Positions 40,204-54,240 of a stretch of 64,000 nucleotides of DNA are shown one piece after another. The stretch lies in NCBI RefSeq assembly GCF_016432865.1, contig NC_067400.1:388306001-388370000 (forward strand), read 5' to 3'. Under the pieces are notes generated by a model. It was not told the origin of the DNA. It ran no database searches and was given only the letters and a program-made list of their open reading frames with translations. Within the stretch, counting starts at the first letter, position 1, and every line of letters starts with the position of its first letter. Origin of the DNA: Antechinus flavipes (lineage: Eukaryota). Both the position numbers and the translations under genes were made by a program.

Positions 40204-41352
40204 TTTTCCTCATTTTTAATTATTAAAGCTTTTTATTTACAGAGCATATGCATAGGTAATTTTCCCAACCTTTACCCTTGCAAAGCCTTCTGTTCCAAAT
40301 TTTTCCCTCTTTTTTCCCCACCCCCTCCTCAACTGGCAGGTAGTCCAATACATGTTAACTATGTTGGAACACATGTTAAATCCAATATATGCATACATAT
40401 TTATACAGTTATTGCACAAGAAAAATCAGATCGAGAAGGAAGAGAAAGAAAAACTGAGAAAGAAAACAAAATACAAGCAAAGAACAACAGAGAGAATGGG
40501 AATGCTATGTTGTGTTCCATATTCTGTTCCCATAGTTCTCTCTCTGGGTGTAGATGGCTCTCTTTATCACTGAACAAGTGGAACTGGTTTGAATCATCTC
40601 AATGTTGAAGAGAGCCACGTCTATCAGAATTGATAGTCGTATAGTCTTATTGTTGCCATGTATAATGATCTCCTGATTCTGTTCATTTCACTCAGCATCA
40701 GTTCATGTAAGTCCAAGTCTCTCTGAAATCATCCTGCTGGACATTTCTTACAGAACAATAATATTCCATAGCATTCCTATACCATAATTTACTCAGCCAT
40801 TCTCCAACTGATGAGACTCCACTCAGTTTCCAGTTTCTGGCCACTCCAAAAAGGCTGCCACAAACATTTTTGCACATGTGGGTCTCTTTCCCTCTTTTAA
40901 GATCTCTTTGGGATATAAGCCCAGTAGAAACATTGCTGGATCAAAAGGTGTGCACAGTTTGATAATTTTTTGAGCATAATTCCACTGCTCTCCAGAATGA
41001 ATGGATCCATTCACAGTTACACCAACAATGCATCAGTGTCCCAGTTTTCCCACATCCCCTCCAACATTCGTCATTACCTTTTTTCTGTCATTTTAGCCAA
41101 TCTGAAAGGTGTGTAGTGATATCTCAGAGTTGTCTTAATATGCATTTCTCTGATCGATAGTGCTCTGGAGCATCTTTTCATATGGCTACAAATAGTTTCA
41201 ATTTCATCATCTGAAAATTGTCTGCTCATATCCTTTGACCATTTACCAACTGGAGAATGGCTTGAACTATTATAAATTTGAGTCAGTTCTCTATATATTT
41301 TAGAAATGAGGCCTTTATCAGATCCTTTGGCTATAAAAATGTTTTCCCAGTT
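40204..41352 (-). mobile_element. 5'-truncated L1 (ORF2 C-terminus plus 3'UTR)
   Basis: ORF 41074-41466 NWENIF...SDKGLISKIYREL...TTLRYHYTPFRLAKM. TSD taagcaatgag(c/t)atattcttt at 40183-40203 and 41353-41373 (21 bp, 1 mismatch). Endonuclease-like TT|AAAG site on the minus strand. Confidence 0.95.
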
Positions 41353-42059
41353 TAAGCAATGAGTATATTCTTTAACAATTGAATAAATATATGTAGGTCT
41401 TCTGATTAGTGTGATAGAAAATATTATAAAGTAATTTATCAATTTATATAGTAAAGAACTTAGCAAAATCTTTAGCTTAAAAATAAAAAAATCCTCCTGA
41501 TGCCCCAGTCTCTAATCTATTCCTAGGATTACCTCCTGAGATTCCTACACTTTAGATGCCCAGAACCCATGTTTGAGGATAGCGTTGATTAATAGAGGTT
41601 TGCTAGTCAATTAACTCAGAAATAGCTTTAGGATCTCCAGCTGGGAAGAAAGGGTATGAAAGAAGCTTATTTGTACCTCTTCAACTCAGATTGGTGGTAT
41701 GTTCTTAGAGGTATTTGTCTTCTTTGACTAAAAAATTTGATTGGACACATTGAAAAATGTTTAATCAAATTAGTGTTGTTGTTCATTAATTTGCTTAAGT
41801 AACTTATTCAGTTATACACACTGTACATTACATTTAAAAGTTATATAGGAACAGGAAGCCAGGAACTAAAGAATACCTTCTTCCCATGGACAATTAGGAA
41901 TGTGGAAATCAGGAAATAGAGGAAAGGTAGTGTTATGTCAAATCTGAAGGGAGAAATGTAGAACTGAAACCTGGAATTCTGAGGGAAAAAAGATGAATTA
42001 AGAAAGGATGAAAAAGGGGAAAATGTTTGGTAGCTCTTTTGTACACAATAATGAAGTTT

Positions 42060-42530
42060 GTGAGAATCATGATTCATAGTTTGAAAGAAAGAGATTCTCT
42101 AATAGTCACAAAAGAATTTATTTACTCCATAGCTGATGGAACAAACTCTGATAGAGTCTGGAAATTAGAAATAGTTTGGGGAGAGCTTTTGTATTGAAAA
42201 ATTGGGGCTTTGCTATCAGGCTAAAAGTCTACAAGGTTATAAAGTTTAACAGAGAGATAAGAAAGGAGCCAGAATGTCTTTTTTCATCCTGGTAAGGAGA
42301 CAGGATATCTTTTAGTAAGGTCAATCAGGCAGGATGGAGTTTTTATAGAGGACAAATAAAGAGCAATAAATTGGAGGTTTTATTGCTTCACATTCTTTAG
42401 CTAGATATGTAGTTTTGAGTAAAACTTGGACTCTGACCCATCATCTTTCCCCTTTTCTGTCTTTTGGGGAAAGGGAATTCTGGGGACAAGGACTAGGGAC
42501 TCATCAGTAGCACCTCAATTTCCCTTGATA
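42060..42530 (-). mobile_element. Possible solo LTR
   Basis: Minus strand begins TATTATCAAGGG, ends ...GATTCTCACA, with AATAAA ~60 nt before the end; no TSD found. Confidence 0.3.
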
Positions 42531-42904
42531 ATATGCTCACACTTGTGCAATTAAATTTATTTAACAAACATTTCCTCAATAAATATACTTACAAGCAAAG
42601 CAAATCTAATGTGCAGCCTAAAACCAATAAATCTAAGATTAAACAGTTTTTCCATGTATTTCCTGAATCTTCACTATCAATGGAAAGTTGGATTTGCAGA
42701 AGTTAGCTGACAGTTCCTACCCTTAGGGTTACTCCTAGAATTCTGAGACTTTAGGGTGTCTATATTTGTTCATAGCCTTCCATCTTGTGTATTTTCCATT
42801 GATTATCTGCTAGTACCATCAACTAGCCTTCAGGAAAAATTATTTACTATGATGGGAGAATAATAACAGTTGGTAAAAAGAACAGTATTCCCCACATTTG
42901 GGTC

Positions 42905-43640
42905 ATACTCTTTTAAAAAATTTTATCTATTTATTTAACATTTTTTCCTCAGTTACCTTCAAAACAATTTTTTTTACATTTGTTTTAAAGATTTTTGAGT
43001 TCGGTTCTCTTTCTCATCCCAATCCACAATTAACAAACCACATATGAAATTATGCAAAACGCTTCTATAAAAGTCAAATAGTGAAAGAAAACATAGATCT
43101 CCCACCCTAATGAAAATTAAAACTCTCATGAAAAATTAAGTTAAAAATAAAGAGAAAGATGAGAGAAATAGAGAATGCTTCAATCTGTAATTAGACTCGA
43201 TCAGTTCCTTTTCTGTGTATGGATAGGATTTTCCATCATAAATCCTTCAGAGTAGTTATGGATGATTGTACTACTGATAACAAAATCATTTACAGCTGGT
43301 AATCCTAGAACATTGCTAATATTTTGTATACAGTATATTTCACTTTGTTCATGGAGGACTTTCTAGGACTTTTTTTTTCCTGAAAGCATCCTGGTTATCA
43401 TTTCCCAGAGAACAAAAATATTCCAGAGAAACTTGTGTTGAACATTTTTTTTCACAATTATCATTGCTAATTGTATTTGTTCCTATTTATTTTCTTTCTC
43501 CTTTCACCCTGTTCACCCCCTCTAAATATCTTGCTACTGACCATTCCCTTCCCCAGTATGGCCTCTCTTTTATCCCCTCTCTTCCTTCCCATATCTCATT
43601 CCCCTCTTATTTTCCTGCAAGGTAATATAGATTCCTTGAC
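42905..43640 (-). mobile_element. Older L1 3'UTR fragment
   Basis: T-rich start; gaatgcttcaatctgtaattagactcgatcagttcc...catttacagctggt...ttgtatttgttcctattt. Confidence 0.6.
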
Positions 43641-46600
43641 TTGGGTCACACTGTTTCACAAATATCCATAAGAATCCTGAGAAAATAGACATAGATTTTA
43701 AGTCCAATGCTGATGAGCTATTATTATAGCCAACACTGTAGTAGCAAAGGAGTAACTCATAGTTCCTGTTTACTGGAAGTTGTTCTCACCCTTTAAGAGA
43801 TCTTATAAAGTTTTCCTTACGTATAGCTCTCTAATGGGTTGTGAAAAGGTACATTGATGGAGTCCCAAAGTTGCCTTTCCTTAGTTTGTTTACTTTATCC
43901 TTGGGTGTTATTCAGCTACTAATACAGACACTGCTCCCAACCATTGCTGCTTAGGGGATACTGTTACTGATTCTTGGTGACTGGTAGCTCCTCTTTTGGG
44001 TCTGTTGATTATCTGCTAGTACCAAACTCACACAGTTATGAACTCTGTGGGAGGGGTTAGGAAGAAGAGACTATTTCTTTTACACTTCCCCATTACAAGC
44101 AACTCTTTCTCAATGTCTTCCCTGGAGTTATGTCATCACTGTATTAATTTGCTATTGGAATGCTGAATTCTGAACTGACTTGCAGTTTTGTCCATAGTTC
44201 CGCAAGACATGATTGATTTTCTTCAACAAACCATAATATATATCTTGTGTGGCCAGTCATATACTTTCATCGCAATGATGAAAGTAATTTACTCCTTCAA
44301 ACTGATTGAGGATTTGTTCTCACCCAGTTTACACTTCTAATCAATTGATTAGATCAAAACATCTGGACTTCCTCTATTAATTCATTGGGATATAATTTTC
44401 TACTTTCCAACATATTTTTCAGAAGTGGAAAACAAAAGATATGGGGTATTTTTATATGTGTGACAAATTTGCTTGTATTAAATTTCATTTTTTCTTTTTA
44501 GACTTTAACTCTTTGCCATAGCTCTTACAAAGGCTTTTATTTTGACAGTGTCTAACAATCAAGGTTTTTTTTTTTTTTTTTTTTTAAGTCTAAATCACTT
44601 TTCTTTTTACTTTAAAAAGGAATGCTTCAATTTGAGCTCTATAAAATGTACACTTTTAAAAACTTTTCAAATACAAGATTGCCAGTTAGGCAGACCTTTT
44701 GGGAAATAACATATTTTTATATAATAATATATTATATTTACATAGTGCCTTTGAGCGAGGCCTCCCAATGCACCTTACAATCCTTGGCACACACTAGAAA
44801 CACTTCATCCAACAGTGAAATATGGTCTCAAATAGAACACATTATAGTTATTCAATCCATAGTATGCAGTATTAGAATTATGGATAAAATTGTAATTTAG
44901 TGGGCAAATTAAAAACCACCAGTCTTAGAGAACAAAGCTTAGAGATTGTTTGAATCCTTATTTTCTACCTCTACTTTTTTCCCTTTTTGACCCAATTATC
45001 ACTGTTTCTTGACAGGAGAATTAATGAGGGAAATCTCCTTCTTAGCTTCAATTCTATTTCTTCTGTTTCCAAGGAATTCTTTTATATTTTTCTAAATTAG
45101 TGATGTGTTTGCCACAAAATCTTGTTCTGTTGAGGAACACTGAAATAAAGGCTATTAGGTCTTTAGCACAAAGAGAGATATTGGATGTTCTAAGGAAAAT
45201 GGAAATAATTTTGTCTTTATATATGACAAATATTTCTTTGTGGCAAATCTATTATTCAGTATTATTTGTTTCTGATATATGTAAAATACCTCATCCTTAT
45301 GTTGATAACAATACATTTATATGGTGACTTAGTTTATAAGCATTTTAAAATCCAGAATCTCTTTTAGTTCTTTCAATAATAGGCTCTGTCATGTAGCTGT
45401 GACTGGTGTTGTTATTCTCATTTATTGGACAAGGAAACAGACTGAGAGAGTTCAAATAGCTTACCCAAGGTAGGTCACAGAGCTAATAAATGATAGCACT
45501 GAATTTCAAACCCAAATTTTCCAAATTCCATACTCTTCCTATGATATTCTACAGCATTTTTATTTGAAAAAAAATTACTATGTCAAACTTATCATAGACT
45601 TTAGCCTTTTGGTATATATCATACAGGGTAGTTACAGCTATGGGAAATATCAATACCTTGATTTCTAGATAAATCATTCTATTGATGTGGCTCTACCCTG
45701 CTAAGATGTAGATAGCAACCCATCCATATCTTCTAATCCTTTGCTATGTTTTCTCATAAGTATACTTCAGGGGGATTCCACTTAGGGCATTGGGGGCCTT
45801 CCTGTAGATCTCTTGATATTATGTGGAACTCATAAAAAAATCTGTCATGGAGAATAGCTGAGAACAGAATAAAAGGATATGATACTTTTTTCATGTACCA
45901 TCCCCATCACAACATCTCTGAATCATAATTTCAGTGTTACTCTTGGTGCAGCCCTTTCTGAGCAGCTTAATTTCATTTTTCAGTAGCCATCCATCTTTCT
46001 CTATACATCAGTGTATTGGGACTACTGGTCAATGTGCAAATAAATTTGGCTCTCAAGTAGTTCAAGCTGCAGAAGAGAGAAGATTTATGTATTTAAGGGA
46101 TTTTCTTATTACTCTGAATTTTCTGCATGGGCCCTTTCCTTGTTAATGAAAAAAAACTTTGTCATTTTTGAATTCAGGAGAAAAATCTAAAATATATCAA
46201 GATTATTACAGTTAACTCCAATTTTGTAGTATTAATATAGTTCCATTATGAGAGATAATAACTTGTATTAATGAATAGGAATCTCTTGTTGCTAGGCAAG
46301 ATCAAGGTACAGCTAAGGTTAATCTAAAGTTCAGGGCATAGAAAAGACCTTGATTACGAAAACTGGGTGGTTGAGGAGAGGTCAAGACTGAAAAATCTCC
46401 TCCCTCAGGAGACTGGAATTCTGTACATCCAGGAGCACAAAAGGTATATAATAGTTATTTTGAAGCCCAAGAGTTCTAACTGTTGTGGGAAAAGCTGGAG
46501 GGGAGAATTATTTCTTCACTGTATTTAGAATGTGAGAGAGGAAGCAGGTTGATTCTAAACTGTGACGTGATGAGAAAGACTAGTTTAGAGAGATTGCTAT

Positions 46601-46767
46601 TGAGTGGAGAAAGAAATGCTAACTGTTGAAGATAGTAGGAATGGGGCCTTAATTGTGAAAAGATGAATTGAATATAAGGAAGGATTAGGAGAGGATAGAA
46701 GAAGTGAAGTTTGAGAAGAAGATTTTTTCCTTTTTCTCTTGTTCTTGGTTGTCATTGTAATTTGTAT

Positions 46768-46768
46768 A

Positions 46769-46799
<31 letters not shown>

Positions 46800-46812
46800 T
46801 TGCATGTGTGTT
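46768..46812. repeat. (GT)n microsatellite
   Basis: Directly visible; other short SSRs near 11690 (CA), 13515 (GT) and 13770-13830 (TA). Confidence 0.9.
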
Positions 46813-47242
46813 GGGGGAGTGGGAAGAAAACAGGGTAATGGTGTTCAATTGAAATTTCTAGTATACATATTTTAGTATTCTCGAATGTTTGTATACTATG
46901 GGAATAAGCAATATTAGTTATGAGATCAGACTTAATGTAACACTAGTTATAATATATTACTAACTGAGTTTATCATCCTGAGGAGCAGGTTGTGACTATC
47001 CTAGAGGAATAGTGGGCCTTTAGTGCTCAGGTGATCCTAATTGAGTTGATAATAGTTGATAATCAGAAAGGGGTAAACAGGGAAGCTCTTTTGGGATGAA
47101 ATTTAGGGACTCATATCAGGCAGATGATGGGATAATATATTTAGAGATTAGAGGTAATCCAGTTCAATCCTCTCATTTTATGAGGAAGGCAACTGGGGAA
47201 TGAAAGATTGAGTAAATTTATCAAAGGTCACCTAAATAGTGA

Positions 47243-47495
47243 AACAGCTAGATGGGGCAGTGGTTAAAGTGCTGGAACTGGAATCAGAAAGTTGTGGGTC
47301 CAAATATAGCCTTAGACACTTACTAGCTATCTGATCATGGCCATGATGCTTAAGCCTATTTGCCTTAGTTTTCTCATCTGTAAAATGAACTGGTGAAAGA
47401 AATGGCAAACTACTTGAGAATATTTGCTAAGAATAGTCCAAATGGAGTCATGAGGAGTCAGATACCACTTGATGACAACACAAAAACAACCTAAA
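47243..47495 (+). mobile_element. MAR1-type SINE, near full length
   Basis: aacagctagatggggcagtggttaaagtgctgg...cagacacttactagct-like core...gaaatggcaaactacttgagaatatttgc...gagtcagataccact. Confidence 0.8.
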
Positions 47496-50264
47496 TGGTA
47501 AGTTGTAGAGTCCAATTTTATGTCTATCTAGTTTTTAGATTTCAGATCCACTACTGCTTTATTATATCATGTGGGAAAATAGCAGATAAGGGGGAATGGA
47601 TAGTGAGATTGGCAAATATTTAGTCAACCTGTTGAAAAAGCTTAGAAGGTAGAATTAGGATTTAGACTTTCATCAGGGGAAATTGGGATTTCTCCCTCAG
47701 AGGAGAGTTATTAGTGCTTGGGGCTTCCAGGGTATTCCCAACCATGGCTGATGTATTCTAGGGAATAGAAGAAAGATAGACACCTTTGGAGGAAATCACT
47801 TCATCTTTAACCAAGAAGCTTTCTGTGGACTATTTCAGGAGATTCGGCTGAAATAAATAACATATTCAGTCCTTGATGAAGTTATTTCCTGTTTATCTCT
47901 TTTAGGTTGAACTGGAACCAGGGTAGCTCAAATGCAGAATATGTCAAGGGCCATATTAACTTGGTCTTTTTGAGTGAGTATAGTCTTCAACACAAATAGT
48001 AACAATATTTTTGTAGAATTATTATGACTAGAAACTAAATATCCAGTATGGTCCACAAGGGAAGGACAACTGATAACTAACAATTCCAGCAATAAATCAA
48101 CCAAAAAGCATTTAAAGCACCGATAGAGCATATAAAAAGCATTATACAAGGTACAATATCTCATCAGGATTACGATCTTGGCTGTGAGCTGTGACAAGAA
48201 ACTAGGCAGAGTAACTTCTCATACTAAATTTCAATAGAGTTAGAGCCAGTTATGCCCCTTTTGTCCATATTGAGGATACAGAGATATTAACTGGGGAAAT
48301 TGTGTTCCCCTGTGAGTATGGGAGAAAGAGGTCATTTGTGTATCTTTGTGGGGAAATTTTACTATTTAAATCCTTTTTTAACCTCTATTTGCTTTCAATA
48401 AAATGCTCTTTGATTTTGAATTAGTGAGGTATTATCTGGCTTAAAGATGTATTTGGTAGGGTCTCTTTGGCCTTTGAATCAAGCAATACTCTAAATTTGG
48501 TTGAAGCTAAGAGGGTTAAGTGCTTTTGAAAAGAAGAACAGTTTAAGTAAGACCCTTTTTGCATTGCCATAATAACCATAAAGTAACAATTGTTTAAAGC
48601 ACTTTGCACAGTACTAGAAACATTATAGTCACTGATTAAATTTTAATATAATTAAATGTAACTAATTGAATTGAAAATAATGACCAGGTCTAGGTCCTGC
48701 TAATAATGCAAGACTTTTGAAAATTCAAACCAGCAAAACACAATCTCTAATTGAGGAAGAATCAGGAATTGGTCTAGTTTCCTCATTTTGTCCCTTGATC
48801 CACTATTTTGACCAACAGTTTGCTGGTAGATATAGAACACCAGATTAGGCACAAATGTCCTCTGAAACTTTTTTTTTTTTGGTACACAGACAGTGGATTG
48901 TGTGATTTAAAATCCCTCTGGGATGTAAATTGGATAAAAACAGGGAACTAAAGATTGTGACAAAGTAATTGGGCAACTTGGGTCCTGACAGAAAGAAATA
49001 GTACCTTCTTCTAAGGAAGTATAAATAAACTGCTAAGGATAATCAATAGTTTATTATATTTAGGTCTTTTGAATTATTAGACTAAGCTTTGGAGAAAAAT
49101 CTCCATTGTTTACTATCCTTTCAAGATGTTCCAAAAATTGTGCATCTCTGCAAAGTTGAGACTCTAGTTTTTAATAATAATGATGATAACATTACCTTAA
49201 TTAATTAATCCTTTACATCTAGTATTTTTGAGGCAACTTTCAATATTAATTAAAGTGAATTTAAACTCTGAAATCTCTTAAATTCCTTTATATAAAATGG
49301 AACTAATAATAACATATACATAGGCAATAAGAAACATCATTTCAAAAGACATTCAGGCATCTCATATTACAGTACTCTTAAAAATACCTTTGTAAAAACA
49401 ACACAAAATATCATTATGAAAATAATTCTGAAGCAGCCAGAATCATCAGCAACAGTAAATAGACAGAGCTAAAGTAACTTTATTGGAGGAAGGGCCTGGG
49501 TATTAGATTAGTTAAACTTCCTGATATCATGAACCAGCTATGCCCCTCAGCAACAAAGCTGAATGGTGCCAGATAGGATAAGCACAAAATTATATTATAG
49601 AGAATGAAATTCATTGCATTTTAACAAATAACTGTTTAATAATAAGGGAGTCATTTCCAGGGAAGGTATCTTATAGTAAGAGCAAAGTTCAAGAATCATA
49701 AATTAAAAATGAAAATAATAGAAGATATAGTACACAATGGAATCTTCTTTAAGATGACTTTTTAAAACAAGCTGGTAATGCTGAAAAAAAAAAAGGAAAA
49801 TAGGTAAAAGGAGTGGCAATGACATGATGTTGTTTAAACAATTTCCATAGTGAAGAGACCAAAATAATCTAGAGATCACCTGAGCCACTTCACCCTTTAC
49901 TTAAAAAAAATTATTATTCCCTGGAGTCCCTTTCATTTTTAGACCCCCTGCTCTGAAGTCATTGTCATGACTGGTGAGTTTTTTGGTAGTCATTTTATCT
50001 TTTTTATCTATTATTCTCCTAAAGCTCTAATCACATTGTATGTAATCCTGAGAACCAAAATATCCCTCCCTAGCCATCACTTCTCAATATGAATTATCTT
50101 CTCCTAATCAAATGTAAGCTCCCTTTGTTTTTTTTTTTTTGTATTTTGTAGTTATATTCCCAGTATTTAGCACAACTTTTCATCCATCCATTCATTGATG
50201 CTTCCTTGCACCTACCTATCCTTTTGTAAGGTATTTTCAAGTAATGACTTATGATTCACATTTT

Positions 50265-50545
50265 GCATTTTATAAATTAAATATTTATAGTCTTTCAATT
50301 CAATTTGATAAGCATTTATTAAGTGTCTACTATGCACCAAATACTCGGCTATATAATAGGAATAAAAAAGATATAATAAAAACAATATCTTTCCTCATTG
50401 GATTTTATATTCTATTATTTGAAGGCAATGTATTCGGGATTAATCAATATATAATTAACATAAATTAATCTTGAAAAAAAAACAGTAAAAACTGGGAGGA
50501 TCAGGAAAGGCTTTATGAGAAAAGGACTAAAAACACAGATCCCAA
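50265..50545 (-). mobile_element. L2 LINE 3' fragment
   Basis: caattcaatttgataagcatttattaagtgtctactatgcacc...ggaggatcaggaaaggcttt. Confidence 0.55.
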
Positions 50546-53500
50546 GAGATAGATCAGTGTTCGTTAAGGTGGAGGCTGTGTGTCTCCAGGGGATGTTGGT
50601 ATGATTTCAAGGGAGTTATGACATCAATCAATTGAAAAGTGGAAAGATGAGTTATATCCTATCTTATGTGTAAGCTTTTTTCTAATAGAATTGCACATTC
50701 ATTATCTCTTAGCACTCGCACTGCTCTCTCAGATCACTAATTTTCACTGCCAATATTAAAGGTTGTTCTTCAGAAGGATTGGAATCTATCTAAAATTTAG
50801 GTCTGTAGCAGCTGTATAGATATAGTACTCTTCTCTCCTCTCCCCATCCAGAGTACCTCATGTCTTAGTTGGGATCGGTTTAACAATTCAGGACAGTGGA
50901 TGTCAAGTAACAACATGTCACCCTCTTTTCATCTCCACTCATTTAGTATGACTGAATGAGCTGCACTGGATGAACAAGCATGGAAGAACTATGATTTGTG
51001 TTACTTATCTCTCATCTAAATTTTCCTATTAATGCTTAAGTCCAGTTCCTCAAAGTCAGTGTCATCTTTGATTCTTCATTCTCCATCAATTGCCAGAAAT
51101 TGGCAATTCTGTCTTTACAAGAACTTTCCTATTTGTTTCCTTCTCTCTACTTAAACAAGCATCACCTTAGTTCAACCTCTTAATGACCCTTTTCCTGGAT
51201 TGCCACAATAGTTTTTTCTGCCCCAATTTTTAGTAATTTCAGTATATTCAATAACTTCAATACAAGGTGATTTTCATTATTTCACATCCAAACATGTTCC
51301 TCCCATATACAATGGCCTCCAGTTATTCCCTATTGATTCTAGGCTCAAATATTATTTCATTTCTACATATATTTTAAATGTCACTTTATGTAAAATTTTT
51401 ATCATGTCAATAATTATTATTATTATTATATGTGTGTAGTTGTTTTTTTTTAAAGCAAATAAAAACACATTGGCTTAATTTTTTTTTTTTTACTTATAAG
51501 GGTGCAAAATCAAAAGAATTTACATCAGTACAGACTACAAGTAGAATTGAAAGTCTAAATAGCTGTTTTACTAGCATAATTATATCTATGTGGAAAAATA
51601 TATTTTATATATACACATATGTATAATATATGTGTACACATATACATATGCGTATACATCTTCTTTATTATTTTTACATATATTCCTGTATATATTATAA
51701 AACATACAGTTACACAATGAGTTATGTAATTATTATATACACATATGATTTATGTGCATTTTTCTAGTGCAGAATGCAATCTCTATATAATACCTAATCT
51801 TATGCAATTGTAATCCATATTTTACTATAAGTCTTTCCCAGAATGTCCATTTGGCATGTTTGAAGTCTTCTTCTCCTTCAGTTCCCTTTTCCCTTCCCCC
51901 TTAGCACACAGAGGATATTGGATCCAAAATACTTTTGTAGCATACTTGTACTTAATTGATTCTATATAAACACTATTGCATAATTCTTAGAGTTTTAAGC
52001 AAACTTCCTTATGATTTTTGAGACACCTTCTATGCTATATCGAGGTGAATACAGAATTATGAGTGGAAAAAACAAAGTATTCATTGATGAAATTTTGCAG
52101 CACTTTTAATGATTCAAATTGCTTCTTAGAATAAAATAACATTTAATGCCAATATTTTTATAGATATAAGTCTATAGAGAGAGAGAGACTGAAACAGTCA
52201 GAAAAATAAAAATTTCAGTTGACTCAAAGGACTATTGAAAGATATATGTCTGGCTTAAGTAGGCTTCAATATGTTACCACTTATGACTTGCTACCAAGAA
52301 GGAGCAGGAAAGATCCAGAAGTATGATTAAGACATAGCATGATTGGAAAAAGAAATGATAGATATATGGGCAGTGTGCTGCTCTAGTGCTCAAGCAGTGT
52401 TAACAAGCTTTAATGTCTGCATGCCAACTGGATCAATCCCCGATGGAGACTTTACAGGGAGTTTTTTTTGGACTGTATATATGCACAGGATTATCTGACA
52501 TGGATGGGTTCCTGTCTACACCATTTTAGGCTGTCTCAAAGTCAATGAGCTCATAGATTCATCAAAGAACTGATGAAGAATATCTAAGATCAAAGATTCA
52601 ACTTTTGGCTCTAAATTGAGAGCTTGCTTTATTGTTCCATGGCACCCTGACAATTATTCTTATATGGTGTACACAGAGCATAGATTGAAGGTGGCTCAGA
52701 AGAGCCAACAGGAATGTTCTGGCCTTCAGTCATATTTTATTAACTCAAAAACATGACCTTTCTTATATCACAAATAACTTTCAAAGAATCATACAATAAG
52801 AAATGAATTAAATTCATTCAGAAGGTATTCTTTTCTATTGAAAAAATGTCAATATTCACGCAAATTGTATTCACTACAAAACTGTATTCAGGTTTCTTTT
52901 GGAAATTATGTTTCTTATTGTCCACCAAAGGTATCAGGTTATAATCTGTAGGGTGAAGGTACATAATAGCATGCAAAATATGGGTCTGAAATGCAAAAGC
53001 AAACTGTGTGACTCCAAGGTCACATGTTGCATGGACTAATCTACTAAAACTATATGAATTTAAAACTTTTAAAAATTAAAGTTCTTTGGAAATTGATGAG
53101 TGCCACATTGAGACTTATTATTTATCCACCAGAAGAACAGAGCAGGCATGCCAGTCTTTATCATGCACTTTTTTTTTAACAAATGACATAAAACATCAGA
53201 GAGGAAGCGATTATAGAAAAACAGAAGCTGTTAAATTAGATAGCAACTGTTCAGTACCGTTTTGTGAATAAAAAGAGAATGAATATTTACAAGGGTAAAT
53301 AATCTCATGATTTGTAGGAAATTTAAAGAAAAGCAACAGTTCCAATGTCAGTCCAAACTCACATTTTCAACATACCTTCAAAGAATTTAGTGTTAGGAAG
53401 ATAATACTGAACTGTCTAGGTAAGTTACTTTAATACTTTGAAATAAAAAATTGAAATCAGTGCTGCCTTCACTATGGCAACCACCCTATCTTCCTTTACA

Positions 53501-53964
53501 TCCAAACCACATACTGGAATCTTGGAATTTGCCCCTGAAATTTCAGGGTCTGATAGGTGAAATGTGGTCTATAAGCACTTAGCCTGGTAGGAAGGATATA
53601 AGTCAAATATTTTTCTCCTAGAGCCTTATCTTGCTTCAAACCAGACCTCATCCCATTTCTCTGCTACCTACACACAATTGCTATCCTTTATCTTTTTATA
53701 TATTGTCTTCCTGATTGGAACACCTTGAAGGCAAGTACCATTTTTCTTGCTTTTATTTGGATCCTCAGTGTCAGGCATCAAAGCAAGATTTAATAATCTC
53801 TGTCTGTCTGTCTGTCTTTCTCTCACACACCCATACAATCTATTTATCTAGCTATCTACTTATCTGGCTGTCTCTATAGGGAAGGCACTGTTCTAAATAC
53901 AGGAAACAAAAGACTGAAATGAAATATCTTTTATCGGTTAAGTTTTTTTTTTTTAAACAAAAAT

Positions 53965-54240
53965 GTAAGACTTTATATTCATACCTCTTAAATTTGATCC
54001 TATTAGATTTGGCTCAGTGTTCTAGGTGGTCATAAACTTTTTGGCTCCAGACTCTTATCATTCTGTTTCTTAACTATTTTTGAGTTATCTGCAAATTTGA
54101 TAAATATGCTAACATAGTAAGTATGCCATCTATACCTTAAGACATGTCCCTGATGAAAATACTAAATAGCACAGAGACATTGATTCTTGAATACTCCATT
54201 TAAACTTTACAACTTAACTAATAATTTTATTATCTATAGG
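53965..54240 (-). mobile_element. CR1/L3 LINE fragment
   Basis: tatctgcaaatttgataa...gtatgccatctatacctt...gatgaaaatactaaatagcacag. Confidence 0.5.

Noticed and set aside
42363-42389. Hairpin AGCAATAAA-N8-TTTATTGCT
   Set aside because: 9-bp AT-rich stem, expected by chance and too short for a pre-miRNA.
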